From: a virus | Lineage: Duplodnaviria; Caudoviricetes | DNA: 34,386 bases | Virus record (IMG/VR): IMGVR_UViG_3300022936_000194 | Span: 1-34,386 of that record | Reading direction: 5' to 3' (one strand) | Shown here: positions 17,557 to 25,597 of the stretch, piece by piece | Position numbering within the stretch: the first letter of the stretch is position 1 | How the letters are laid out: every line of letters starts with the position of its first letter | Position numbers and translations under genes: made by a program | The notes under the pieces: generated by a model | The model's database searches: none | Told to the model about the DNA's origin: nothing | The model's input: the letters and a program-made list of their open reading frames with translations, nothing else

Positions 17557-19818
17557 ATGTCAGTAAACGCTTCAAACAGTCAAAACTCTTGCGGTACCTG
17601 CGGCGAAACTACGCCCGGTACCGGAACTGAATTTGAACAAAATAATAAACCAAAAATAATCAGGCTATCTTATTTGCCTTCGGATATTGTTAGCGCTTTT
17701 GCTCCTACGTTAAATATGGTTGCAACTATGTTTAACCGTGCGCAGCATACAATATCAGAGACAGATACTCCAGTAATTGTGAGAGTAATCCAATCTGTTA
17801 CAGTAGAAAATCCGATTGTATATATTTATTTGTTCACGGGGGGGAAAGGCGTTTATGGTGGTGAGAGTCTAACGCAGGCAGCTGCTAGCCACTTTTTTTA
17901 CCTTTTCCCGCAAAACCTTTCTATACAGGATGCAGAGAATGATAGTAACACGGTATTCTATTATTTAGCCAACTTGCCAACTGGTGATTACCTCACGGCG
18001 GCAAATGGAGAAGGGCGCGACCTGAGCGATGCCGCAAAAATTTACTTCTTTACTTATAATAAAGATGGTAAAAACTTCTTGGTAAAGTTTGAGGGTGAGC
18101 CCGGTTATTACGGCGGTGATTACGAAAACCAGCTTACAGCGGCAAACCTTATACCTTCAGGTATAAACGATGACGAAGGCCCTGCAGTTAACCAGGATAA
18201 TGAATTTATTACGAAACGCCTATATGTAAGCGATGGCTCTATAAATAACATTGCAAACATTTTAAAAGATGGGCCTTTATTTACCATTACAGAGACACAA
18301 AATTTGTTAGTTGTGGTAAATGTGCGTAACCCCGATGCTACCATTACGGTTAATAAATACCTGTTAATAAACGTAGGCAAGGGTACTTACGGTGAAGGGC
18401 GTTATCTATTATCGGCATTTAATTTAGAACTCATTTTTTCTAATGTCCCGGTGGTATCAGATGTTGAAGATGAACCTGAAACCGCTATTGTAAACTTTGG
18501 GGTGCTTAACTCACAAACTATAAGCCAGTACTTAAATGGGCGGTCAACTTTGATAGTTATCCAGCCTCAGGATGAAGGGTATACCTTGTTTAAAGGGACA
18601 GTAAGCGGGGTGGAAACTTCATATTTATGGATAGGCGCGCCCGGTACCTACGGTGCAGGAAATAGCCAAAGTACAATGGCCGATTTTCAGTTATTAAACC
18701 AGGCTGTTACACCCGGTGGTAGTTCTCTTCTTTTAGGGGACAATGCTGATAATGCCTATCCCGGCAACAAAGGTAAAGAAGCTTACGATCATGCTCATGC
18801 CACCGGCAATCCGCACGGTACGCAAATGAGCGATATCCCCAACCTTGATACTTACATGAACGCCCGGCTTGTGGGAACCAGGGCTGCAGATAGTGATGTG
18901 CAAGTAACAACATTGCCAACAACGCAAAATAGATTTGTCGACACCATACGCCTGTTTAATTTTTGGGCATGGATAAAGACCCAGGCCGCAACAATTTCCG
19001 GAGGCTGGAACTTTACCGGTACCCTTAAAAAAAATAACGTAGACATTGCCACGGTTAATGATGTGGCAGGAAAGCTTAACACAGGAACAAACACTGGCCT
19101 TGCCGGTACCGGCGTCAGGATACCTAAAGTATCAGCTGCAGGAACAATAACGGTTGATGATTTTTTAACCTGGGTAGCTGCCACACGCGAATTGATTATT
19201 GGTAGTGCCGGCGGTGCCGGTAGGTTAAATGTGTTTAGCCAGATATTTCAATTAGCGGTACAGGACAATATCGCTTCCGGCCAGGCTACTATACTTATTA
19301 ATGCAAACCAACAAGACGCACTGACTTTTAAAGATAAAAGTGGTAAGCCTTTCCTAACATTTACTACCACTACAGGCGGCGAGGGTTTGATAATAAAACA
19401 ACGGATAGTTTTTGATGAGGGCATTTTTTATCCGGTTCCTGCACGTCAGGGAGCTATTACAAGTGCCGGTGCCGGAGTAAAAGTATATGCGGTTAACTCC
19501 TTAGGTACTGTCGTTTCAATACCATTCACAGTAGATACAATGATAGCGATGTTTGACCTATCATTTATTGTTAAAAACTCATCCGCCTCTCAGGTTATTG
19601 CCGCAAAACTAAAAGCGGTTGTTAAAAGGGTGGGTGGTGTAATAACCGTAGTGCCGGAAGCTACAGAAGTATTGCTGAATAACTCATCAACACCTGGTTT
19701 CACTATAGGAATAGACGCTATTGCTAATAACAGCCTGCAATTCTTCTTTCAGCCGCAATCCACAGATTCTACCGCTTACACGGGGGCATTTTACGAAATC
19801 ATATATACCGTCAACTAA
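17557..19818 (+). CDS. Tail fibre / receptor-binding-like protein with a duplicated N-terminal domain
   Basis: Fibre motifs LGDNADNAYPGNKGK and GNPHG, TISGGWNF, and two ~185-aa repeats. Confidence 0.7.
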   Translation: MSVNASNSQNSCGTCGETTPGTGTEFEQNNKPKIIRLSYLPSDIVSAFAPTLNMVATMFNRAQHTISETDTPVIVRVIQSVTVENPIVYIYLFTGGKGVYGGESLTQAAASHFFYLFPQNLSIQDAENDSNTVFYYLANLPTGDYLTAANGEGRDLSDAAKIYFFTYNKDGKNFLVKFEGEPGYYGGDYENQLTAANLIPSGINDDEGPAVNQDNEFITKRLYVSDGSINNIANILKDGPLFTITETQNLLVVVNVRNPDATITVNKYLLINVGKGTYGEGRYLLSAFNLELIFSNVPVVSDVEDEPETAIVNFGVLNSQTISQYLNGRSTLIVIQPQDEGYTLFKGTVSGVETSYLWIGAPGTYGAGNSQSTMADFQLLNQAVTPGGSSLLLGDNADNAYPGNKGKEAYDHAHATGNPHGTQMSDIPNLDTYMNARLVGTRAADSDVQVTTLPTTQNRFVDTIRLFNFWAWIKTQAATISGGWNFTGTLKKNNVDIATVNDVAGKLNTGTNTGLAGTGVRIPKVSAAGTITVDDFLTWVAATRELIIGSAGGAGRLNVFSQIFQLAVQDNIASGQATILINANQQDALTFKDKSGKPFLTFTTTTGGEGLIIKQRIVFDEGIFYPVPARQGAITSAGAGVKVYAVNSLGTVVSIPFTVDTMIAMFDLSFIVKNSSASQVIAAKLKAVVKRVGGVITVVPEATEVLLNNSSTPGFTIGIDAIANNSLQFFFQPQSTDSTAYTGAFYEIIYTVN

Positions 19819-20621
19819 TGTATTTTCAAGGAGGTACAATTCAGGGAGTTACTTACGGCGGCGTATCGCCGCTTGATTACTCAGGCCTTGTTGGGTGGTA
19901 TAAGGCATCCCAAGGGGTAGATCTCATCAACGGCAGTTCTATAACCCGATGGAAAGATTTAAGTGGGAACAATAATCATTTAGTACCAAAAAATTTAACA
20001 GGGGGCACAGTGACCCAAATAGGTAGCTTGGTAAATACAGTTAATGGTTTAGGGATTACGCGCATATTATCGGCTGGAGGGTTAACCTGCGAAAATCCGG
20101 ATATGCATAAGCCTCTGATCGATGGTAGTCCTACAACTGTCATCCTTGTGCTGCGGACAAACAACATGACCTCCAGTAATACGCTACTTCAGGCCTTGCC
20201 GCAGTCATCTGCCAATACCTGGTTATTTGGGTTTAACCAGCCGGTATCTGCAAACCCTCCGCAAATATTAAACAGGGTGTATGATAATGCAGGTCTAAAA
20301 GTAAACATGCTATCTACGGCGGCATACGTGCAGCCCAGCCAGGGTGCGGTGCACTCTACTATAAATTATGGTTATAACAATGGGGTAATAAATCCTTTCA
20401 CATACCTATTCAATAATGAGGTTAAGGCAACCGCTGCTTACAGTGGGCCACCAGTATCTGTTACCGGTAACCCATTAGCTTTTTATCCTAATGCCCTTAT
20501 TTATTTGTACGAAATAATTATTTACAACAACACTGGCAAGCTTAAAGCGCAAATAGATTTGGAGCATACAACGCTGAATGTAGACTACATAAAACAACAA
20601 TACCCAAACCTCTTATTATAA
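19818..20621 (+). CDS. Lectin/LamG-like virion accessory protein
   Basis: LVGWYKAS...WKDLSGNNNHL and terminal YEIIIYN pattern of concanavalin-like domains. Confidence 0.65.
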   Translation: MYFQGGTIQGVTYGGVSPLDYSGLVGWYKASQGVDLINGSSITRWKDLSGNNNHLVPKNLTGGTVTQIGSLVNTVNGLGITRILSAGGLTCENPDMHKPLIDGSPTTVILVLRTNNMTSSNTLLQALPQSSANTWLFGFNQPVSANPPQILNRVYDNAGLKVNMLSTAAYVQPSQGAVHSTINYGYNNGVINPFTYLFNNEVKATAAYSGPPVSVTGNPLAFYPNALIYLYEIIIYNNTGKLKAQIDLEHTTLNVDYIKQQYPNLLL

Positions 20622-20908
20622 TGCCATACGTAATATACGAACCCGCAACCAAGGCCGCAATAAGGTATGTGCAAATAACAGAGGATGCTACAGATGCCAA
20701 TTTTTTAAATAATGGTGAGCAGTATGTAGATGTAATTTATCACCCTACAGAAAATAAGGCAGCACTACCCATTATTGTAATTGAGCCAATTTACTATAAC
20801 GGAATGCCCACCCAAAAATATGACTTCGGGATATTTTTTACCCCGCAGGAAGTTGCAAAATCAATCGAAGAACTCCCGGAAGACTGGGACTTAAACAGTA
20901 ACATTTAA
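20621..20908 (+). CDS. Hypothetical protein (possible fibre chaperone)
   Basis: 95 aa, coupled to the previous gene, ends ELPEDW. Confidence 0.65.
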   Translation: MPYVIYEPATKAAIRYVQITEDATDANFLNNGEQYVDVIYHPTENKAALPIIVIEPIYYNGMPTQKYDFGIFFTPQEVAKSIEELPEDWDLNSNI

Positions 20909-20919
20909 ACAATTATATA

Positions 20920-21387
20920 ATGAAAAAGTTTTTTAACGAGTATTTTAAAGATTTCTGGAAAGAGAGATTTCACGGAGATTTATTATTTGGTATATCGGTA
21001 CTGCTACTTATGGCCGGTTGCTTTGATAGCAAAGAAGATCCGGCGGGAAGCCTTTACCCAGTACTTTGTTTATGTGGGCCATTTGCCACTTTTGTTATCG
21101 CTTTTTTGGTTGACTGGTTCCAGGGGCAGGGACATAAAACGGCTGATAGGACGGATAAAGAGTGGCAAATGAAGCTAATAGGATCCGCGATAGGTCTTTG
21201 TATAGTTGTGCCGGTGTTTTTATTGTTTGAGATAGGAAGATGGAATCTACCTCTGTTAATATCTTCAGCTATATGCTTTCTTGCCTTTATTCAAATCACA
21301 GGGGTGGTACAGAATTACATTAAGAATAAGGCAAAAAAGAAAGCAGCGAAAGAAGCTGCAGCCAGAAAAGCGGCGGGACTAAAATAA
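20920..21387 (+). CDS. Four-TM membrane protein upstream of the holin
   Basis: Four hydrophobic segments and a Lys/Ala-rich tail. Confidence 0.7.
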   Translation: MKKFFNEYFKDFWKERFHGDLLFGISVLLLMAGCFDSKEDPAGSLYPVLCLCGPFATFVIAFLVDWFQGQGHKTADRTDKEWQMKLIGSAIGLCIVVPVFLLFEIGRWNLPLLISSAICFLAFIQITGVVQNYIKNKAKKKAAKEAAARKAAGLK

Positions 21388-21698
21388 TGAAAAACTATTT
21401 CCTGAACCTCGCTATTACCACCAGGTACTTTGGGTTTGATATAATTCTATTTATCGCCGGCATTGCCGGCGGTATAGTTTTTCTCAGTAAAGACAATAAG
21501 CTTTCGCCCTGGAAGAAATTTTTGTCGGTACTATCCGGAGGCTTAACCGCAAACTACCTAACGCCTATTGTAGGCCAGTGGCTTCACTTGTCAGATGACA
21601 CATTGTACGGCATTGCCTTTATGCTTGGCTATGGGGGCCTACGATCTGTAGAGGCAATTTTTATCGCATTTATTAACCGGGCAAAAAAAGCAGAATAA
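21387..21698 (+). CDS. Putative holin
   Basis: 103 aa with three TM segments (AGIAGG, ANYLTP, AFMLGYGG), directly before the endolysin. Confidence 0.8.
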   Translation: MKNYFLNLAITTRYFGFDIILFIAGIAGGIVFLSKDNKLSPWKKFLSVLSGGLTANYLTPIVGQWLHLSDDTLYGIAFMLGYGGLRSVEAIFIAFINRAKKAE

Positions 21699-22198
21699 TG
21701 ATGACACCCGAATTATATGTATCGAGCAGGCTACCGTATGCTAAGGTAGTGCAGCAAAAAAGAGGCTATCATTATTTGATACCGTTAACCCAGGGCGCAC
21801 TGGAGAGCGCGTGGGGCGAAAAATCTGTAGGCAACAACGACTTTGGTATTAAAGATACCGACGGTATAAACGGTAATGAGCAGCTAATCACTACAACCGA
21901 ATATTTAAAGACCGCCACAGCAAAGTTTCCTGTAGTAATTAAAATAGTGCGCGTGGGCAAACTTTTTAAATATACCGTTAAAGACTGGTTTAGAAAGTAT
22001 GCAAGTGTACAGCTATGCTTTGAAGATCATTGCGATTTTTTCGAACGCAACCCGCGCTACAAAGAAGCGCTAAAATATAAAATGGACCCGGACCGGTTCT
22101 TTGAAGAGATAGCGAAAGCCGGTTACGCGACAGCCCCCGATTATGCTAAGACCCTGAAACAAGTAAAACAATCAGTAATTAAACGCTTACCAAAATGA
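21698..22198 (+). CDS. Endolysin, GH73 glucosaminidase/FlgJ-like
   Basis: QGALESAWG, NNDFGIK, NPRY and AGYATAPDY motifs. Confidence 0.92.
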   Translation: MMTPELYVSSRLPYAKVVQQKRGYHYLIPLTQGALESAWGEKSVGNNDFGIKDTDGINGNEQLITTTEYLKTATAKFPVVIKIVRVGKLFKYTVKDWFRKYASVQLCFEDHCDFFERNPRYKEALKYKMDPDRFFEEIAKAGYATAPDYAKTLKQVKQSVIKRLPK

Positions 22199-22692
22199 AA
22201 ATCCTAACCTTTCTAATCGCAGCGCTGCTAATGCTCGGCTGCGGCGCACGCAAAACGAATACAGTTAATAGTGAATCTGAGATAAAAACAGAGGCTACTG
22301 TAAAAGAAAATACCACTACTGTAACAACAACCAACAAAAGCGAGCTGACCACTACAGAGCAGGACAATTTAGTCCTGGTACCCATTAATCCGGAAAAGGC
22401 TATTACCGTAGTTAAACCTAATGGAGAAACAACTTCAATTTTTAATGCCCGGATAGAGCATACTAAGACTAATACGTCAATTAAGGCAGATACTAAAATT
22501 AAAGATACCACTACTACGGCCAAAGCTGCAGCTGTAAAAACAGAAAGCAACGTGGCAACGGTTACCAAGGCTACAGATCGGGAAGGTATTAAATCCGGGC
22601 TATACATTATACTTTCAGGCGTTGCGGTGTTATTTCTGTTATGGCTTTTCATTTTGCGTAAAAAAAACACAAATGAAAGCGATATCGTTTAG
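22195..22692 (+). CDS. Putative unimolecular spanin
   Basis: N-terminal lipobox LMLG-C, Thr-rich periplasmic part, C-terminal TM helix followed by RKK; follows the endolysin. Confidence 0.75.
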   Translation: MKILTFLIAALLMLGCGARKTNTVNSESEIKTEATVKENTTTVTTTNKSELTTTEQDNLVLVPINPEKAITVVKPNGETTSIFNARIEHTKTNTSIKADTKIKDTTTTAKAAAVKTESNVATVTKATDREGIKSGLYIILSGVAVLFLLWLFILRKKNTNESDIV

Positions 22693-23419
22693 CATACCTA
22701 AAACGTGGGATGAGCTGAGCGTAGACCAACTCGAAAAAATTGCGTCGCTCGTACATTCGGGAAAGAAAGGCCCGGCGTTCGACTGGGCTGTTTTCATAAT
22801 CCTGGTTAACCTTCGTTGGTACACCTGGCTAAAAAATTACCGCGTGTATAAAGTTTTGGGCGATGTACCGCTGTCAGAACTCAGGCAGCATTTCAAATTT
22901 ATTTACAAAAGTGCCGACCGCACCATATTCCCAAAATCGTTATTAACGCCCTGGGATCGCTTAAAATTTTGGAAACGGTTACGTACACCCGGCGCACGCC
23001 TAAGCACGCTTACAGCGGCAGAGTTTGCCAGTACAGAGAGCATGGCCAAGCTGTGGGATAAGGAGAGGCACCGCAACCCATTACAATACATGGCGGCTAC
23101 CATCTACAAGCGCAGCGGCCATGTATTTGATAATACCGCGTTGCCCCATCTTGCAAAACAGTTTGATAATGTACCCCTGCACAAACTACTGGCCATGGAG
23201 CTCGCTTATAACGGCAGTAAGAATGCCCTGGTAAAACGTTTCCCGGTAGCGTTCCCTAAAAGCAGTGGCCCGCCAACCGGCGGCAAGCAGTACGGTTTTG
23301 GTAAAGCGGTGCTTACTATGGCAGGCGGCAAGTTTGGCAGCCATAAAGAAACGGGACAAACCAATATTTACACCTTCCTTGAAGAATTTGAGGAAAACAT
23401 AAAAGCAGCTAAACAATAA
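22673..23419 (+). CDS. Hypothetical protein (possible tail assembly chaperone)
   Basis: Probable start 22673 (MKAISFSIPKTWDELS). Confidence 0.6.
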   Translation: MKAISFSIPKTWDELSVDQLEKIASLVHSGKKGPAFDWAVFIILVNLRWYTWLKNYRVYKVLGDVPLSELRQHFKFIYKSADRTIFPKSLLTPWDRLKFWKRLRTPGARLSTLTAAEFASTESMAKLWDKERHRNPLQYMAATIYKRSGHVFDNTALPHLAKQFDNVPLHKLLAMELAYNGSKNALVKRFPVAFPKSSGPPTGGKQYGFGKAVLTMAGGKFGSHKETGQTNIYTFLEEFEENIKAAKQ

Positions 23420-23931
23420 TGGCAAGGATATCGCACACCCAGGTTACACAATTACACAGGCTTTTAGCCCAGTGGCATAAACAAATTAATGGTTTTTACC
23501 GTTTTGATATGGCCGAGCTTGCGGGCGAATTGCGTAATGGCATACAAAAGCCGGTGCTTATGCTGGAAAGCTACAGCAGCCAGATAAAAACCAACCCTAA
23601 CAAAAGCACCAACTTTAAAGACCGCGATATATCCTTTTTGCTATTAGACTTTGCCGGCAAGGCAGACGATTATGACAAGCATGACGAAGTGCTGTCGCGC
23701 CTGGAGGAAATTGGCGACGATATCGCCTCTATGCTCGACCGTTTAAGTAAAGACAGGAGCCACTGGCTATTTATGCTGTTTGATGCCGGCACGTTCCGTA
23801 TGGAAAAGGTAGGGCCGCTCATGGATGGCATGTATGGGTGGAATATTCTCTATACCCTGGGGAGCAGGAACCCGCTGTGCTTTGAGCCCGATAAATGGGA
23901 TATACCGGTGCCGGGCAATGAGCCGGCATAA
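23419..23931 (+). CDS. Hypothetical protein (possible tail terminator)
   Basis: 170 aa with a PVLMLES...YGW pattern; last gene of the late operon. Confidence 0.6.
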   Translation: MARISHTQVTQLHRLLAQWHKQINGFYRFDMAELAGELRNGIQKPVLMLESYSSQIKTNPNKSTNFKDRDISFLLLDFAGKADDYDKHDEVLSRLEEIGDDIASMLDRLSKDRSHWLFMLFDAGTFRMEKVGPLMDGMYGWNILYTLGSRNPLCFEPDKWDIPVPGNEPA

Positions 23932-23942
23932 GCAAAAACCGT

Positions 23943-23978
23943 TGTCCTATTAAAAAATACAGATCAAATCTACTTTTG
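23943..23978 (+). promoter_or_regulatory. TGTCCTA-type promoter followed by no sizeable ORF
   Basis: TGTCCTATT at 23943 and a perfect TACTTTTG at 23971. Confidence 0.65.
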
Positions 23979-24051
23979 AAATCTCTTTTACTCACTAATA
24001 CTTTTATCATGAAGTAATATTTTTTTGTCCATAGTATGTATCTTAATTTTT

Positions 24052-24087
24052 CCCGCCCTGGCCTGTAAGCCGGGGCGGGTTTTTTTT
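24052..24087 (+). terminator. Intrinsic terminator
   Basis: CCCGCCCTGGC-CTGTAA-GCCGGGGCGGG followed by T8. Confidence 0.88.
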
Positions 24088-24121
24088 GTTGTAAAAATTT
24101 ATAACTTTGTAAAAAGAGGTT

Positions 24122-24490
24122 ATGAGCATTCCCAGGCGAATTGAAGATGGCACACTGACTTTAGGCACGCTGAGCAAACTTGTAACAAGTAATGAGGTGC
24201 TATCTAAAGAATGGAAAGTTAAGTTAACCTGGGGCTTTAAACTGGGCAAGCTTTATGGTAAAGTAATCGATGGCCCGTTTGTGCAGGAAAAATTTTATGA
24301 AGGCGAATACACACATATATTGCTTGCCCGGATGCATTATGATTTTAGCCTGGCGCTGCAACCGCTTATAGATAAGAAAAAGCGCGAAATACGCCTGGCA
24401 AGCCTAAACCGCAAAAAAGATGGCGACGATGACATTAAAACGATGAGAGAACGTGCGCAGGAGATCAGGCACAGAGATAAAGAACAATAA
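24122..24490 (+). CDS. Hypothetical protein (moron)
   Basis: 122 aa with its own TAACTTTG box at about 24102. Confidence 0.7.
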   Translation: MSIPRRIEDGTLTLGTLSKLVTSNEVLSKEWKVKLTWGFKLGKLYGKVIDGPFVQEKFYEGEYTHILLARMHYDFSLALQPLIDKKKREIRLASLNRKKDGDDDIKTMRERAQEIRHRDKEQ

Positions 24491-24611
24491 TTTATTTAAT
24501 TTAAAGTAATTATTTGTTAATTTACTGTGTATATCTTAAAGAAATCTTAACCACTTTGATATTTTATATTGCTTTTTTTATTTTAGTGTTTCCAACAATA
24601 CCACCACATCT

Positions 24612-24899
24612 ATGGAAACACCACATCTTAAAATTATTAAAAAAGAGTGCGAGGTCATTATCAAACAAATAATTGAGGAAAATTCGAATAGGGGCGAGAA
24701 GTACCAGTTTTTTATGTTAACGGCAACTCTTGATTCGATCGAGTGGCATTTCAATAACCTCAAGGATAGATTAGTTACAAAATTTTCTAACGAGAATATC
24801 GAAGTTAATAAAAGGGAGCTTCAACAAATTATAATGGGCAATGCTAAAAAATGTATAGATTCATTAATGCGTGTAAAAGGAACAGTAAATATGGGATGA
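24612..24899 (+). CDS. Hypothetical protein (AT-rich moron)
   Basis: 95-aa helical ORF with AT-rich flanks. Confidence 0.6.
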   Translation: METPHLKIIKKECEVIIKQIIEENSNRGEKYQFFMLTATLDSIEWHFNNLKDRLVTKFSNENIEVNKRELQQIIMGNAKKCIDSLMRVKGTVNMG

Positions 24900-24986
24900 T
24901 TGTTAATGTATTGTGTTCTAATGTTAATGATTGCAATATGTTATAATTATAATCATAATTTTGAAGTACACTAAACCCTTAAAATC

Positions 24987-25217
24987 ATGTCAGATAGAAC
25001 AACTTACCATGTAAACCATGTAAATGGGCGATGGCAGGGGAAAATTGAAAATGCAGCTCGGGCATCATTTACTGCTGAAACTAAGGATGAAGCAATAGCA
25101 ACTGCCGTAGAACTTGCAAAACATAACATGCCCAGCTCTGTGCGAATTCATAAACTTGATGGCACCTTTGAAGACGAGCGAACATTTCAGGATGATCCGT
25201 TCCCACCCAGAGGGTAA
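24987..25217 (+). CDS. DUF2188-family protein
   Basis: YHV...W...RAS...TKDEAI...IHKLDG...DPFPPRG signature; TAATTTTG box upstream. Confidence 0.85.
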   Translation: MSDRTTYHVNHVNGRWQGKIENAARASFTAETKDEAIATAVELAKHNMPSSVRIHKLDGTFEDERTFQDDPFPPRG

Positions 25218-25220
25218 CAC

Positions 25221-25250
25221 AAAACCCCGCAATTAGCGGGGTTTATTTTT
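25221..25250. terminator. Bidirectional terminator between convergent units
   Basis: AAAACCCCGC-AATTA-GCGGGGTTT. Confidence 0.8.
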
Positions 25251-25360
25251 AACGGTAGCTACTATTATTCGCTACCGGCTGTGCAGGTTAAAGCTCCGAA
25301 CTTTATACAGGAAATTAAAAATTAGTAATGTTGCCTGCGGGGTAGGGTGGGGTTATTTCA

Positions 25361-25594
25361 TTATCTGCTATATTTTAAATGTTCTTCAATTGCTCTGTGT
25401 ATAATCCTTTCTAACTGGTCAAGCCTTGCATATTCGTCAGACAAATCAATACATTTAGATATGATCTGCCCGTCATCATAGTCATACCATTCAGAGCCCT
25501 TTTCTTTTAGTATCCTGTTTTTTATAACATTCATCCTTTTTTCTATTAGCGGCAACAGATAAGCTGTATGGTGTTTTTCGAGATCTATATACAT
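25361..25594 (-). CDS. Hypothetical protein
   Basis: 77 aa, starting 3 nt after the ParB-family gene stop. Confidence 0.65.
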   Translation of the reverse strand: MYIDLEKHHTAYLLPLIEKRMNVIKNRILKEKGSEWYDYDDGQIISKCIDLSDEYARLDQLERIIHRAIEEHLKYSR

Positions 25595-25597
25595 AAT

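Noticed and set aside
17557-20621. Diversity-generating retroelement or invertible tail-fibre cassette
   Set aside because: No reverse transcriptase, invertase or near-identical TR/VR DNA repeat seen; the fibre repeats are old and only protein-level.
22659-23419. Programmed -1 frameshift of a tail chaperone
   Set aside because: The A9 run lies in the spanin gene tail upstream of the probable start, and no convincing slippery site links two chaperone frames.
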